A stretch of DNA of 64,000 nucleotides, taken from positions 46,330 to 110,329 of the forward strand of contig CBFFRP010000446.1 of the NCBI GenBank assembly GCA_965644295.1, written 5' to 3'. Position numbers and translations under genes: made by a program. Within the stretch, counting starts at the first letter, position 1. Each line of letters starts with the position of its first letter. This stretch comes from Paraphysomonas bandaiensis. Taxonomy: Eukaryota; Protista; Chrysophyceae. A model generated the notes under the pieces. The model had not been told where the DNA came from and ran no database searches. It saw only the letters and a list, made by a program, of their open reading frames with translations. This document shows, piece by piece, positions 24,217 through 38,675 of this stretch.

Positions 24217-26923
24217 ATGAACGCATCACATGTGAGCCAACAGTCTCATGAGGATGTCGTGAGTCCCCCCGCAGACACAGACACTCATACAGACAGAGAG
24301 GAGTTCAGAGACATGCCCAAGTCAGTCATCGACCGGCTGCTATCCAGGAAGACAAGATTCTCTAATCTCGAGCTAACAGAGAGCGCGATCGATGAGATCC
24401 TTGATAGTGCGGCGGAGTCGGGATATGATCTCGATCTATCGGGCGCTATACTGGACAATGATATGCCATTCTTCATAATCGACAGCCTGTCACGGAACAA
24501 CTATTTTCAGTTCGCGCATGTTAATTTAAATTGCACACACATATCAAGTAGAGGATTTGATGCCTTGGTTGATTCGATTGTGTGCTTTCATGAACTCAGA
24601 ACTCTCACTGTTAGAGACAATGGATTGCCGAAAGAGGCGGGTATGTCGCTGGCAAAAATATTAGGGGCCAGGGCTAATTTACAGGTGTGCAGTGAATAGA
24701 AGCTATCAAAACACCGAATTAGCAGTTTATCTTTATATGTACCAGTATATACAGTGTTAATGTCGTGTATGCGGTATGCGACGGTGCTTTACTTGCTTTA
24801 CACGCAGGTTCTGGATGCCAGGAGTAACCAACTCGGTGACGCTGGAGTCGCTGCGATATCTGGTGCATTCACTGCTGACCTATCTGATATCACGCCTAGC
24901 ACGCCTATATCATTGCTGTCGCTCACTGTACTCGACTTGTCTTCCAATGGTATGGGAGACTCGGGACTACTCTCCTTGTGTAGAGGACTCAGTCATTTTG
25001 GAAAGTCTTCAAAAGGAATCGGACGGTCCAGTGCATTGCAGGTACTCCGACTGAACCACAACAAAATAGGAGACAAAAGTGCAGTATGTCTTGCACAATT
25101 TTTGGAGTCGTTTTATTGTACCGGCCATTACGCTTTCGAGGAGCTCAGCATGAGCCATAACCCTATCGGGCATACTGGATTAGTAGCCATACTGAGTGCC
25201 ATACAGTCTGCCTCAGAGAAAAACGCAACGCTCATGAAGTTGGGGCTAGACGACTGTAAACCGAATATTGAAGTCCTTGAGGAGGCAACCAAAGTACTGA
25301 GAAAACCAACGACTTCCAGGTATAATATCTCTAGGATTGTATCATCCACTATTTTATGTCATTATCTTATGTGTATTTTATCTGTTCGTGAGTAGGTTGC
25401 GAATTCTAGAACTATCTATGCGAGAAGTGGAAGCTACAGAAATATGCAACAACGATCAATTTCTCGACACGATAGTGTCACTCTCTGATGCGGTAGCAGC
25501 CAATGATACTATCGCTATTCTGACACTAGGTGATCCCTGCATATAAATTGCTCGTGCTATAACATATGGTATTTCGGTAACACGTACTGTATCGCGTACT
25601 TAGTCAAGTACTATATTTATGTAGCTAAACTTTATGCCGCAGGGGAATTACCGGACGTCACGAGGAAGCAGGTTCTGTCAGCCAGTCCTGGTAGTGCCAA
25701 GTACTACGGACTGAGAGTTGCGATGGACTGTTTCCGGTGTGTAATTCCTGACGTGGCGCTTTCAGAGTATACTGTGCTAATGAATACGTATTTATATTAG
25801 GTCCATGATAGAGGTTCTTAAGATGGCATCTCATCAGCAGAGACAGCTTTTGACATCTCTAGAAAATGGCCAACCTCTGTCTGTTTTAAAGCTACAACAG
25901 CAAGAATTTGAAAAACTCAGACGAGAGCATGCTGTAAGTGAATTTTGCTGTTTCATTTTTTATTCCATTGTGTTTCATTACATGCAATGTTGAGTGATTT
26001 ATATTGACGAGCAATCACAGTATAGTAGTTGATACATGCTTTGTATGCAGAGCGTATTCCACGAGTTATCATCAGAAATACGTCGATTACCACTTTATGA
26101 AAGTGACCCCAACACGTCTCTATCTACTATACAGACAAGCGCAGAATATACCAGAGGGCAGTTTGAGTCAGAGGGTGGAGGGGTGCAAGGTGGGAGTCGA
26201 GGAGCAGGGGAGCAGAAAAGTAGCACTGAGGGAAGCTTTAGGGGCAGGGACTCACCTGTACGGTCGAGACCGTCGTCGAGTCATTACTCACCATCTCGGC
26301 ACTCCACTCTGAATACATCCATGAGCACGACTCATATTGGTGATATTATAAAGGATGCGGTATCCAGTGCTTTGGAATCTGCTCAAAGGCAGTGGTTGCA
26401 GCAGCTGAAAAACGGGTCTTTTAGCCCTGATAGTGGCGCAGATTCATTCCAGCATAGGTTTGCTCAGTTGACAGCTAAGGTGGATGTACTACAGGATCAG
26501 GTAACATATTCGTTATTGCTACATTTTACTCCTAGTTTAATGAGAATTTCTCTTGCTTTACTTACTGATTGTGCACTGATACAGGTCCTTGGACTGGATG
26601 CACAGGCTTTCAACCTTGCTGATAAATCGCAATTTGAGGAAATGCATCGATTGGTTATAGCTCTTGAATCACGAATTTCTCACTTGGAGGCACGTTTGGG
26701 TAGTACTGAGCAAAGGCAGCAGGAGTTGCAGCATGAGGTCAAAGAGGCCCTGTCAACAAGTCAACCATCCAGTATGGCGTCACGATTGGCTGACTTGAGT
26801 GAGCGTATGAGTTCTCTCGAGTCCACGGTTGAAGCAGAGCATGAGACATCTCTGGACCTGTTAGAGGTACTTCTCAAGAACAACGAGAAGAAGCATCAGA
26901 GGGGTCATAGAACCACAGCGTGA
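24217..26923 (+). CDS. RNI-like leucine-rich repeat protein with C-terminal coiled coil (multi-exon)
   Basis: LDARSNQLGDAG, LDLSSNGMGDSG, LRLNHNKIGDKS and LSMSHNPIGHTG repeats; introns between ORF pieces. Confidence 0.8.
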
Positions 26924-27429
26924 GAGTTTTTATTGCTCCGTTGGTTGTCTGCTATATAGTAGTATAGGATCCCTATGTAACGGTATATTGTAGCACACAT
27001 GTGAAGTGGTAGAGTGGTTAATTTGAGTGGAACAATACTTTACAATGCTGGTATTATAGTATAGTATGTTTGGCTTAGTGGCAATATTATGAGTTGTGTT
27101 GACGTAGAAACGCCGAACCGAGCTAAATCTATGAATAAATTGGTTGTGTGGGCCTTGAATTTCTGATTGAGTGATATTTCAGATTTCATAGTACTGCAAA
27201 CTGCAATATCTATAATCTATAGGCTTCGGCAAATAATTCTAACCACAGGATCTATCTGGTAAATATATTCACTGATTGCGTAAAAATTTCTATCACATAT
27301 ACCTCTGCACTCCTTCACTTCTCCAGCTATGTTGTTATGTTACCTTACAATCTCTCTCATGCAGGCTTGCGTAACAATTAATAGGGAATATTAGATTGCC
27401 AATTAGTAAATCATCCAATTGTGTCATAA

Positions 27430-27588
27430 CTTGACAAGATGAACAGAGGCGGCATGAAATAGAATTGCAGCGGACTCTGGCGCAGCAGCGACAGGAGGAA
27501 TTGGATCGTCAAAGAGATGCAGCAGCAGCAGATGATGATGATGACGTTGATGCTGTCACTGCTTAAGAAAGATAACGGTAATATGTAG
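27430..27588 (+). pseudogene. C-terminal remnant of the Harbinger accessory (ORF1-like) protein
   Basis: QDEQRRHEIELQRTLAQQRQEELDRQR, frameshift, then MQQQQMMMMTLMLSLLKKDNGNM*; convergent with the transposase. Confidence 0.45.
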
Positions 27589-27634
27589 GTCATTAGTTGC
27601 TTGGTTTAAAGTTTAAAGTGTTACTAAGATTAAG

Positions 27635-28750
27635 TTAATTGAAGTGATTTCTTATTTGACTAATACCAGTACAACGAACACGATAGTTATATAACCTATG
27701 AATAGTAGCAAGTCTTATTCCACGAATATCTTGATTGAATGGTAGAGGCATAAGTAGACGTCTGTAAACCTTCTCCACGGCTCCCATCCCCCACTCACAA
27801 GATTGTCGTAATGATGTTATGGAATTGCTTAGACGGTTTAGAGCTGGTCTAGCGAGAGGGTGAGCCTTCTCAATGTCTCCATCCTTAACCGGTGTAATTA
27901 TTCTACCAAAACATTTGCCGCTTACCGGAAAAGCAGAATCAGATACAACTCCATGGCCCTTTAAGCAGAACTCATCTTTACAGATTTTCTCTTGGAAGGG
28001 CCTATACATATCTCCATCATTCCAGGATCCTACAAAATTGTGCTTGCCCCAACAGATGCACCCACTGACATCGAAGCATAGACATCCTCTTATCAAAGTA
28101 GCATGAAGCCACCCGTTATCCATGGCATTTTGCAGATCAGCTCTGGTAGGCTTCTGAACCCTATAATTCTTGCAATCAATTAAGCCCCACCTGCCAGATA
28201 TATCCGGATGTAAAGCTTGAACCTTTAAACCCCATTCGTATTGCATCTTAAAAGATGGCCACCGAAATTCAGCTTCACGCAATGTCTTTAATGTAGCAAG
28301 CAGTGCTTCCTCAGCCTTTCTGAGATGCCGAGATAGACTGGAAGGAACAATGCCGAACATTAAACACAGAGATTTATATGACATTGAATCAGTATAAAAG
28401 ACCAGCACCAGTCCCAAACGATCTTCACTGTACGGTAATGCGCTGGGTCGTCCACCTCCACCGCGATTGTTAGCAATCACTTCAAACTTTTCAAACTCAA
28501 GCAACAATTTGCTAAAAGCACTTCGAGTAAGTGACGTCATGTTTACAAAGTCTTCGTCGTCTCCATGTTCATACAGTCCACGCCAAGCAGATTCTTGTAT
28601 CGGTCGAAGAGCGTGTTTCGTTAAGTAGCTCCTCTCCCGTAGAGTCATTCGTATGCGAAGAAGAGTCAGCAGCAGTCTCTGCTTTCGACGTCTCCTCTTT
28701 CTTAACCACCAATACATAAGCATCAAGTACATGTACTTCATCATATACAC
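27635..28750 (-). mobile_element. PIF/Harbinger transposase (DDE_Tnp_4 / HARBI1-like)
   Basis: HTH region (SLCLMFGIVPSSLSR), GLIDC, GSWNDG, VSDSAFP, SLRQSCEWGMG, LYNYRVR; intronless; TIRs not located. Confidence 0.85.
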
Positions 28751-29214
28751 ACGCTGCCTTCAAGTGGATGTGGTTGAAATGCATGTCTCGCAGAACACAC
28801 ACGGAGTTTATGCAACAAAACGCGTCTAATTGTGTGTGTTTTTTGACGTATTTTGAGGTTTTGGAAGTCATCCAGCAGTGTGCTGCATTCTCTGTACAGC
28901 AGTATCAAACTCGGGGCTCTATAAGCGTGAAAATGTCATGTTTTGAGGTGATTTGATTTCGAAAGCGGATAATTAGAGCTCAAAAAACCTACATGTACAT
29001 ACTCTGCTGGATTTTATGCTGGTGTTTAATTGGGATTTTCAGCGCTCTGGGTCTGGAAATTCCCGATATTGACAGTCGTTTCCCAGCGAGGATGTGAGCA
29101 GCTGACTGCATTGCGAAGATGACCGACAGACAGACCGACAGACAGACTTGAAGAGCGATGACACACACGACCTGAGCGGCAACTGTCTGTCATTTCTATT
29201 GCTAACGATATCAT

Positions 29215-30258
29215 GCGCATCTCCAGCGAGGAGCCCTCGAAACAACTGAACAACTCTGAGCACTCATGGCACGTTACGCTCTCCAGGTATGTCTATGCCT
29301 CCAGGAGCCATCAGAAGGTGGCGGACATCGAAGAAGTCGAGACTTGGCCACCAGAGGTTGTGCTGCTGCTGATGATATGATACGAGACATGATGTTTAAA
29401 TATGCGGAAACTATAGAGCTGCTTGTAGCAGATATCCAGCATGGAGCACACAGCAGAGAGTTGATTGGGCGATTGCCAGGCAATACTTGTGTTGAATTAG
29501 CGCCTATGGTAGTATAACAGTATTTATAGAGCCCTGTGTCCAGAATGGTTCGATGAACATTTAACGGACAGACTGAACAACTCCATGTTGATTAGCGCTC
29601 AGTGTGTTGATTAGCGCTCTTCTTATCACTGTCAGTGCGGCGCTGTATTTCACACCACCACAACTCGATATTGTGGATGGGGTCTCTGTATCCAGCTATA
29701 ATTTGAGAGCCATGTACTATCTTACAAGTTTTGCGGATTTATTTTTTATGATCAGTATTATATGTGGTGTATGCTTTATCGAAAATGCACTTAGCCGAGC
29801 TTATTGTGACGCTGATAAGTTTGTACTTATCATCGATCAATATTTCTACAAAAATGCGTCCCAGCTATCATCGATACTGGGGGCTCTGTTGTTCATGGTG
29901 TCTTTATTTGTACCGATGTGGCTTTCGTACTCAACAGACGATTGTTTTGTGATGACGGTAGTTGGAGTGCTGACTTTCATGTGGGTCATTTCTGTGCAGG
30001 TAACTATATACATGCCATTTTCTATACTTTATTGTGATATGTGTTTGGTAATTTTAAAGCTTTTTTGTGATTAAAATATTCCACTCTGTGATCATTGTTT
30101 TTTACAAGATTGTAACATCACGAGAAGCCTCAGAGCAACAAGATATTCGAACTCAAAAATTTCTCAGAATTGTCAATTCTAAAGATGGACGACTGCTTCC
30201 TAGATACTATCCTAGCGGCCGATTAACACAAGAAGATTTGAGTAAGCTTTACTGGTAG
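29215..30258 (+). pseudogene. Multi-pass membrane protein gene, apparently disrupted
   Basis: Four hydrophobic segments in 29604-30000; terminal exon ~30109-30258; 19-nt-period duplication at 29586-29619 shifts frame; upstream frames contain stops. Confidence 0.45.
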
Positions 30259-30562
30259 AGGGAATCGTGCTACGGTTGTCGCACTTGCCGAATATAAATT
30301 ACGAAATTTTGTGAGAGAGAATTGTAGCATTTTAACGAATACCTATTGTATAGTACTGTTCAATGCCCATTAAAGTATATTGTTTTATCTGTAAAACCAT
30401 TGCTGCCAACCAGACCACAGTCGATTACTTTTCCGCCAAGCAGTTACTGTTACAGTCTCTACAATGCCGAAAAATTAATTTTGGGCGGATTCAACTATAA
30501 GAAGTGAGTAGTAAATGTTTATTATTAGATGAGTTCAAGAGTCAGAACCAGATTAGGGTTAC

Positions 30563-30917
30563 CTATACCTGACATCTGCCGAATTCAGGATTTTGAGTCC
30601 TTAAGGCGAACAGCCCAAATGCTTGACTTCTGCAGGTAGGATAATACCTCGGCCGGTAACCCTTCAGGTGGGCCTACTCCCAGATGCCCTTGAGGTGTTG
30701 AGGTGGGCCCATTCCCTGTTTAATCGTCAGGGTCAAACGACGTCTACACAAATGACACTCATATTAGTGTTCCTTGTACCACACAAGTATTAAGCTATGA
30801 GTGAGCAGAAAATTATCTGCTGACTCTATATGCGGCTCACGTTAGTTTCCCGGAGAAATCTCTCCGATACTTATCACTCAGAACACGAAATGGTGAGAGT
30901 CCGACTTTGTTGAGGGA
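30563..30917 (+). repeat. Dispersed structured repeat family A copy
   Basis: Collinear core with a local internal duplication (~30660-30712). Confidence 0.9.
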
Positions 30918-32162
30918 CCATAATACTTTCCATATTATAAACGTCCGTTAAGTTCGTATATACGGATAGTCCGCCACATTCCAACCCTATATACCCATAC
31001 TTCTAATCTGATTATGACTATTATCTGCCTATATGATCTCATACTACCTACACTACTTCAACTTTATTCTTGTACCATAATAATTAAGACAATAGTTTCT
31101 TAAATCACCCGTCTTTACCACACACCAATTTTTTCTACACAAGATTACATCCAGCCAAAGCGGGAACCAGTCACTTCACCGGACACAATACCTTTAGAAT
31201 ACTCTACCTTTGGGCGTCCGTACAGCATGACATAATAATTATCTACATTCTTGAAGTAGATACGTTAAAGGAGTAAATGTTTTTGATTTTGACATCTTTC
31301 GGTAAGAAGGAGTGTTACGACTACGCTACAATCTGTTATCACGAATACAGTCAAACACTACACTATAGATGGTAGCTACTAATACTACTATAACCTGTAC
31401 AATACATTATTTCATATTCATGATTGTATATTCAGGACACCTATTAACGCATATTATGTAGTACGTAGTTGTTTAACTTGAATTTACATAATTATTACAT
31501 ACTTGAAGATTAAATAAGATTTATCTTAGTATTTAGTAAAAGATACACTTCGTATTATTAGATATAAATATTGATTATATAAACTTCACATGAAGGATAA
31601 GGCCTAATAGTATGATAGCAAGACACGTTTGAACAAAGCGTTTTAGCACCACACACATTTGAGTGTCTGACAGTCGCGTATCTTATATAGTCTGGTAATT
31701 ATTCAGTCTATCTATTTGATATTTCATTGTATACATGTTGTATTCACACGTTGAGAGATACACGTGAACCAATGAATCTTAATAAGATTTCCGACTTCAT
31801 CTTATTATAAAATGTGGACAACTAATACCCATGTTGTGCTGTTCACTAGATTTCCAATTGATTACGTATAAAGTAAATTAATTTAAGGTTACTTACGTTA
31901 TAGGTGTTTCGTAAGCTAATACAACACAATAACAAATCGATAAGGAAGTATTGTAGTATATAGCATATATATAGCAGACAAATCTAAATAATAATCATAT
32001 CAAATAAATCCCGCAAAAAATTCAACATATTTTTGTCGTAAACCGATAATAGAAGGCCATATAAAAAATACAAATAACAGTAAAATAAGTCGACGATAAA
32101 GAATGCTATGCATTCAGTAATTCAAATTCTAAAGGCAGTGATACCGCCTAAAGCAAAATTAT

Positions 32163-34316
32163 TCATATCGATTCGATACTAGCAATATCATAGATAAAAT
32201 TGGGTTCGAACATTTCAAGCATTTCCTTAGACGAAACTGTTACCGATTTGTCAACAGCGGGTTTATCTTTAGGAGAGAGACCCAAAGAAGTGAAACAGTC
32301 CAAGGAATTCGGTGACAGCTCATCGACAGGAATACTTGCAGACACCAAAGTTTCGTGATGGCCCATGGAGCAGCACCGCTTAAGTGGACGACCGGTACTG
32401 TGCGTGGTCCGAGACATGACAGGAGAAGCGGAGTGTCCACGAGGAGCATTGGCGTCAAAGTCCCGAAAATTTGTCAGCACACCCTCGTTTAGCTCAACAC
32501 TTTCTTCTTCATCAGAGTAGCAACTGTTAGATCTAGACCTCTTTGGGGAGTGGGTGAGTAGCGGTGTATCAGACAGCTCCTCGTACGATAAAGAAGCTTT
32601 CAGAAATCCTGCCTCGCTCTCAGTCTCAGACTCAGACCCATTCTCTTGCTCATCACATAATACATCAAAATTTCGCAGTTTGTGCAGTGGTTCAAATGAA
32701 AGGCTGTGAGACGTAGGATGGGGGGTGATGACATCGCATTCATGACCCGGCTGAGAGTCAGACTCAGAGAACTCGTGGAGACTCAGGGGTGCTACTCTGG
32801 GAGGTTTATACGAGGAAACAGATTGAGCGAGGGATTGCACCGTCTCCATGACAAAGGGAAGTTCGTCATCAGATGAATCTATATGCCTCACATCAAAATG
32901 AATCATATAGACAATATAATAAATACAGAGCCATGAAATACTAATGCTAATCATATAATACGTGTAAAACACAACAATGACTTGTTACCTTCAGCGACAG
33001 CCTCATTCTCAAACGTCTGTGATATATCGTACAATAGGTCATTAAATTCCCGCTCTTCGCCAGAAGTAGTAGCCGGTTCCTGGAATTGGCTGGAATGCGA
33101 TTGAGGGTGTGACGTCTGTTTCTTACACTGATGGGTGCAACACGAGCAACCACTGTGTTGACAATGGCGAGCATCTTCCGCCCTATGAATCAATCGTCCT
33201 CTCATCACTGCATAAACAACGTCAATATTATACATTACGAATTCACAATGTGCAAGCATATGTGTATTTTACACAAGATATAGTATGGAATCGAAGTAAG
33301 AAGTCCAATACAGCACATACTTGTTTCAAACATGTGCTGCTGGTGAGCTTCTTGAATTGAATAATGGCGGAAAGCTCCCAAATTGGTATCATGAACACAA
33401 CTTCCTGAGTTCTCAGACCTATATTGACTTGTTGCTGACTGGTTGTAGCCACCAATCTGGCTGCCGGACCGTGAACACAGTGAGACTGAGGGAAGGCGAA
33501 GATCAGAGAGGTGCATCGCTTCCAAATCCGTCATTGCAGGAATAGGAGACCCGCTTGGAGAACCATATGGAGAGCCATATACGGGAGAGTTATAAGGAGA
33601 TTGTCGTGTACTATTGCTGACGTAGGACACTGGAGAACTACTACCCACTGAAGAATTGGCAGGTGATCCAGTATACAAGATAGGAGATCGGTTGGCCGCC
33701 TCCCGTGCGAATATGTTGTAATCTGGAATTTCCATCAGCGTACCAGGGACGGTAGTGTTTTGATAGGCAACGCGATTGCGTTCAAAGTGCTGGCGAATAT
33801 TTGTGCTCAGTGCTATCACCGTAGCACAATAAAATGCTCTACATCAAACAGTGTTGTCAGAACAGAATAAGTGATGCAGCAGTGTATCAAACAAGACAGA
33901 AAACAAATATCGCTTGCAACACAATAGTACCGTTTGAGACCCTTCTCGTTGGTTACATAGGCAGACGCATCTCTCTGCAATGTGCGGAACTTTGACTTTC
34001 TCTCCACATTGTTTTTCCACCAAGTGAAAAACTGCTGAGGCTCAGTCCAGTAAGATCCCATATCATGAATAGAGAATGGAATGCCGCCATAGAGATCATA
34101 AGTCTCAGGGGACTGCTGGCAGATGTCACGGGCATTACACAGCCACGTCTGTACGAGAGATTTATTGAAAGGAAAGTCAGGAGAGTGCGGCAGCCCCGCC
34201 ACATAACTGAGAGACTGGTGAAGGAACGTCACGATGAAATGACGAGAACACCCTCGCGATGACACAGCGTTGTCAGGACTGTTTGCTTGTCTTGCTTTCT
34301 TTCCCGATGACTTCAT
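32163..34316 (-). CDS. Multi-exon Ser-rich hypothetical protein
   Basis: Four consecutive same-strand ORF pieces separated by GT..AG introns; no family recognised. Confidence 0.6.
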
Positions 34317-35129
34317 ATCTGTGTATATATGTGTGTATGAGGAGTGTGGAGATGTGACTGTAGCAGCATCTCACTACACGTCAATCCAACACTACAAGAT
34401 ACGCACAAGATACCCTCAACACGCGACACCCTATGAGGAGAGGTGTCGTCGTCATCGTGTTGGTATTCAGGGGGTGGGTAGAGTGATGTGGACAGTGAGA
34501 TCTGCCCATTGGACTCATGGATGCATCATGCAGTGCAGTACGACACTCTCATAGCTGTATAAGACAAGAGTACAGCAGGAATACATACATGTATAATACA
34601 TGGCTCACTCTTATCATACATCAGCAGCAGCAGCTGTGTGTCTGCATGTCACGATCTCGAGAGGAGTACGTACATACGTCACACTGTAGTCAACTTCACT
34701 CTTCTTAGAGTGTGTATGTCATTCTGTTGGATACCTACGACGTACGTATCTATGCATACATTGAGATATGCATACGCTCTGTATAGGGGTGTGTGTACGA
34801 TCGCAGTGTATACCACACTACACGCCCTGCGACTGTGGATCTGTTCGTTCTGTTGAGAATTCCAGTTGACTTCGAAGTCGAAGTGCTGTAGACCCCACTG
34901 CCGGTCATCACACTCACCCAACACACACACACACATACATACATACTCTGCTGTACATACACGCCCGCGACATACTTCGATCAGACGTCTATCCACATCC
35001 ACATAGAGACCAGCGACGCACTGCATTCTCTTGAGAGCTCTCTCTTGTCAGCTCCCTCTTGTCAGTCGGTCGTGTGTAGTGTGATGCAGTGATAACAGCC
35101 AGCCCAGAACTAACACACAGAGCGATATA

Positions 35130-37169
35130 ATGGCAGATGTTCAGACTCGTTTCCGGTCCCCCAGTAACGATCCCTCCAATGGAGAGGTGCACTTTAAGCG
35201 TCCTCGAGCAGGAAGCATTAGCGGCAGACTGCGTGCGGCATCCGACTTAGAGGAGAGCGGCTTCATCGACAGGTTCCAGAAGGGTCTGTTGAAGGTACGG
35301 TACGCTCATGTTCATATGCATGTCCAGATACGGCTTCGTTTATGTCTCGTGTGTAATCGACTCTTCACTGTGTTCAGGATAAGATTATAGCCGGAGATCC
35401 CGCCCTACAAGCAGCACTAGACAAGTATGACAGAGGTGACGCGTCAGATCTAGAAGGTAGATTCCCTCCAGCCATCTGTTCATACTGCCTTTCGTTCCAT
35501 ATATATCTTGCTGTTACCTTCATATCGTAATTGACAATAATTCATGTCTTTGCTCAGCTATTATCAAAAGTGGCGGTCTTACTGCAGATACTGTTGATCT
35601 GCTGGACGGACTAGATTTGGATTTTTTAACTGTTGGCAAGGGTGGAGCGTTCCAAAATTTTGATGATATGGACTTCTCGTTTGATTCGATGGATGATATT
35701 GGATTTCGGATGCGCGGTATGAGTGAGATAGGCCTGCAAGGAGAGACAGGGGGGGTCAAGAGGGAAGGGGAAAAGCAAGAGGACTTGCAATTTTCTCATG
35801 GAAAGGGACATGTAATACCTGACACACAGGTACATGCTCCTCTTTAACGGGTTGTCTTAATCTGTTAATGTACTATTGCTTTGTACACAGGCTGTAAATG
35901 GCAACATGGCATGCGACCCTTATAGCCAAACCGGACCCAATTCTGAGATTTTTTCTTACGATTCCCTGTCCGTTTCGCCGCCCCAGCTTAATGGTTCAGA
36001 GTTTATGTTCGGTGGGTGTTACCTGCTGTATAGTAATATATGTTTAGCACGGCCTTCACATTTCTGTGGTGGGTGCTTGTGTGGAATTCTTAATTTCATA
36101 TCTGCAGAAGGTAGTAGGAGTCGTGGAATGTCCAATATAAGCGATCTAGATGGCCCTGCATATCGTTCGCACGGCTTATCTAACCTCTCTGACTTTGATC
36201 CTTTTCCCGGAAGTAAACAGGTGTTCAACTATACAATGATTATATGTTTGGAACGCACTTTACACAAAACTGTATTAACGCTTTCGTAGAATTTGACGTC
36301 GACCCTGGGAGATCAGTCGCAAAGCACCCTCTCTACGCGAGTATCACCTCCGCACCAAACCTCGCTGAACAATGTATTTGCTACATCTACCTCCAGCCAG
36401 AACACTTTGAATAAAAGTTCGTCTTCATCTCACTACCTTACCCCTTCCAACTTGGCACCGATGTCTGACATACCTGGATATACAATGTCGGCGGGTAGGT
36501 CTGTGTTGCGTTTATTTGGTATGTATAGTCAGTGTGTGTAAAGTACAAAGAATAAAGTGTGATGCGGTTTGCATATCATCATATCATACAATTTTCAGGG
36601 ATGTTGATAGGCGATAAGCGTTTACAGCAATCAAGCCAGCCAACCACAATGTATTCAGCTCAAAAACCTAAACCAGAATTAGGTTTGACACATACACTAA
36701 CTGATTAATATACTTTTAACTTAATGTATACTCAGAAAAGGGATACATTGGAGCATATTCTCCTGAAAATCGAAAACAGAGGCTTGAGAAATTCTTTGAA
36801 AAGCGGAAGAAACGTGTCTGGACCAAAAAGGTATGATCTGTCACAGTTATGTAACGACTGAAAAAAATTACCTCAAGAATACTGCAATGCAGTACATTGT
36901 TTGTGCCTTAGCTCTGTGCAGAATACATGTGTAGTATATTGTATTAGATGATATTACTATGTCATGTGTTTCAATCTCACTTTTCGATATGCCCCATTTA
37001 GGTTAAATACGATGTACGTAAAAATTTTGCAGACAGCAGGCTAAGAGTAAAGGTGATGCACGTCATGATGAATATATATGCCCAATGATTATTGCTATAT
37101 GATTATCAGGGACGATTTGTGAAGAAGGAGGATGAGGAGATATTACGAGATTTGCAGAACTTGGAATAA
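35130..37169 (+). CDS. CCT-motif protein (multi-exon)
   Basis: Last exons encode YIGAYSPENRKQRLEKFFEKRKKRVWTKK|VKYDVRKNFADSRLRVK|GRFVKKEDE. Confidence 0.88.
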
Positions 37170-38366
37170 CTACGTCATTCCTCTTGCTCTTCTACTAATA
37201 TTTCTGACCTTATACGATCAGTATTTAGTGTGAATCTAGGTGATTAAGATGATGCACACTCAACATTGCCGGAAAATGTGATAGTAATATGAAGCTGTTT
37301 GATTGATAAGATGCTGGTAGCAAGTGAAGTAAACCGTATGAATTGTAAGATTCGACTGAACTGACTGGTCGTAGAAACGTATATGAAAGAAATGAAGTTT
37401 ATAGTATGTTTTGTTTGAAACTATGGCAATAAATAATGATTTTATATTTTTTTACGGATTGAACTTACTTCTGATATGCAGTCGAAGACGTGCTGTTATA
37501 GAGGGTACAGTTTTTCCTAGAATTCGATGTATCTCGTAGAACCATAGTTCGACTAGAATCATATTAAAATAAATATATAATATAATATGAAGTCAAAGTT
37601 AATCCTTGTTCCGTACAAGTACAATATATATATATCCCCATTTTGTCTCAAAAAATACTTTTTTTGACCTGATTTGGGCTCAACAGGGCGCTCATATCAG
37701 CACCGGGCAAATATAGACATTCAACTTCCATATTCAGTTGAACAGAAGCTCACTTCTATCTTCATTATGATAATGACAGTCGAATGTACGTGATTTCATT
37801 ATAGTACACAATTATAGAGAAACCACAATCATGAGCCAAATATCAAGAGCAGATCATCTAACACTCCAGGTTATATTCCATCCTTCGACTGCTGTATAAG
37901 ATCACAACGATGTCAGTGCAAGTGATCTGTCTTCATATCCAGGACTTCGAAACAACTTCAAGAATATTACAGGAGAGTTTAAGTACCATATCTGATGCTA
38001 TATAGGTGGTTAGGAGCAGTGGCACCCAGTTCTTTCAGGGTTGGAGCCATATCATGCTTCTCAGGATATTGTGTGTCTCATATCATACACACATCCTTCG
38101 ATAAGGTGCACTTGCAGAGGTAAAGCCTGCTGTATATAAATGTGATGATGATGCTAATTAAGGCAATAAAAAGCCTCTCTGTCATCTTCAACTGTTTACA
38201 TTTATCATCACACTTACAGTATACATATCATTCATTTGAAACTATATGAGTTCTCATTTGTGTTATTAATTTAATCAAGGAACATCTATTTCTTAATACA
38301 GCAAGCATGCTACAAATAGCTATACAATCTAATATTAACTTTTCAACATCATGAGGATAAGCTACA

Positions 38367-38486
38367 ATTTAACCTAGGGATAAGGAGTATCGTCCCTTGT
38401 CTAAATTTTAAAACTCGGGCTTTTCGCCCTCGTTTCAAAATTTTGAGCGCGGGACGATATAGCCTCCTTATTGCCCGTGGTTAAAT
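38367..38486. repeat. ~120-bp fold-back (MITE-like or hairpin RNA)
   Basis: ATTTAACC/GGTTAAAT, ATAAGGAG/CTCCTTAT, TATCGTCCC/GGGACGATA, AAATTTT/AAAATTT and GGGC/GCCC nest around a TTTTC loop. Confidence 0.8.
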
Positions 38487-38675
38487 ATACCTATACTTTA
38501 ACTCCCTCTTATTTTCTTGTATACTTCCTTAAAGTATCAGTTTCTTTTTCGCACCACAACGCCACAAACCAATCCCAATACATCAGTGATTTACTTCATT
38601 CACCAATGTAACATTGCCAACCATATACTCATCCAATGACAGCATTGAAACTTGCACATCGACATTCTCGAAATA

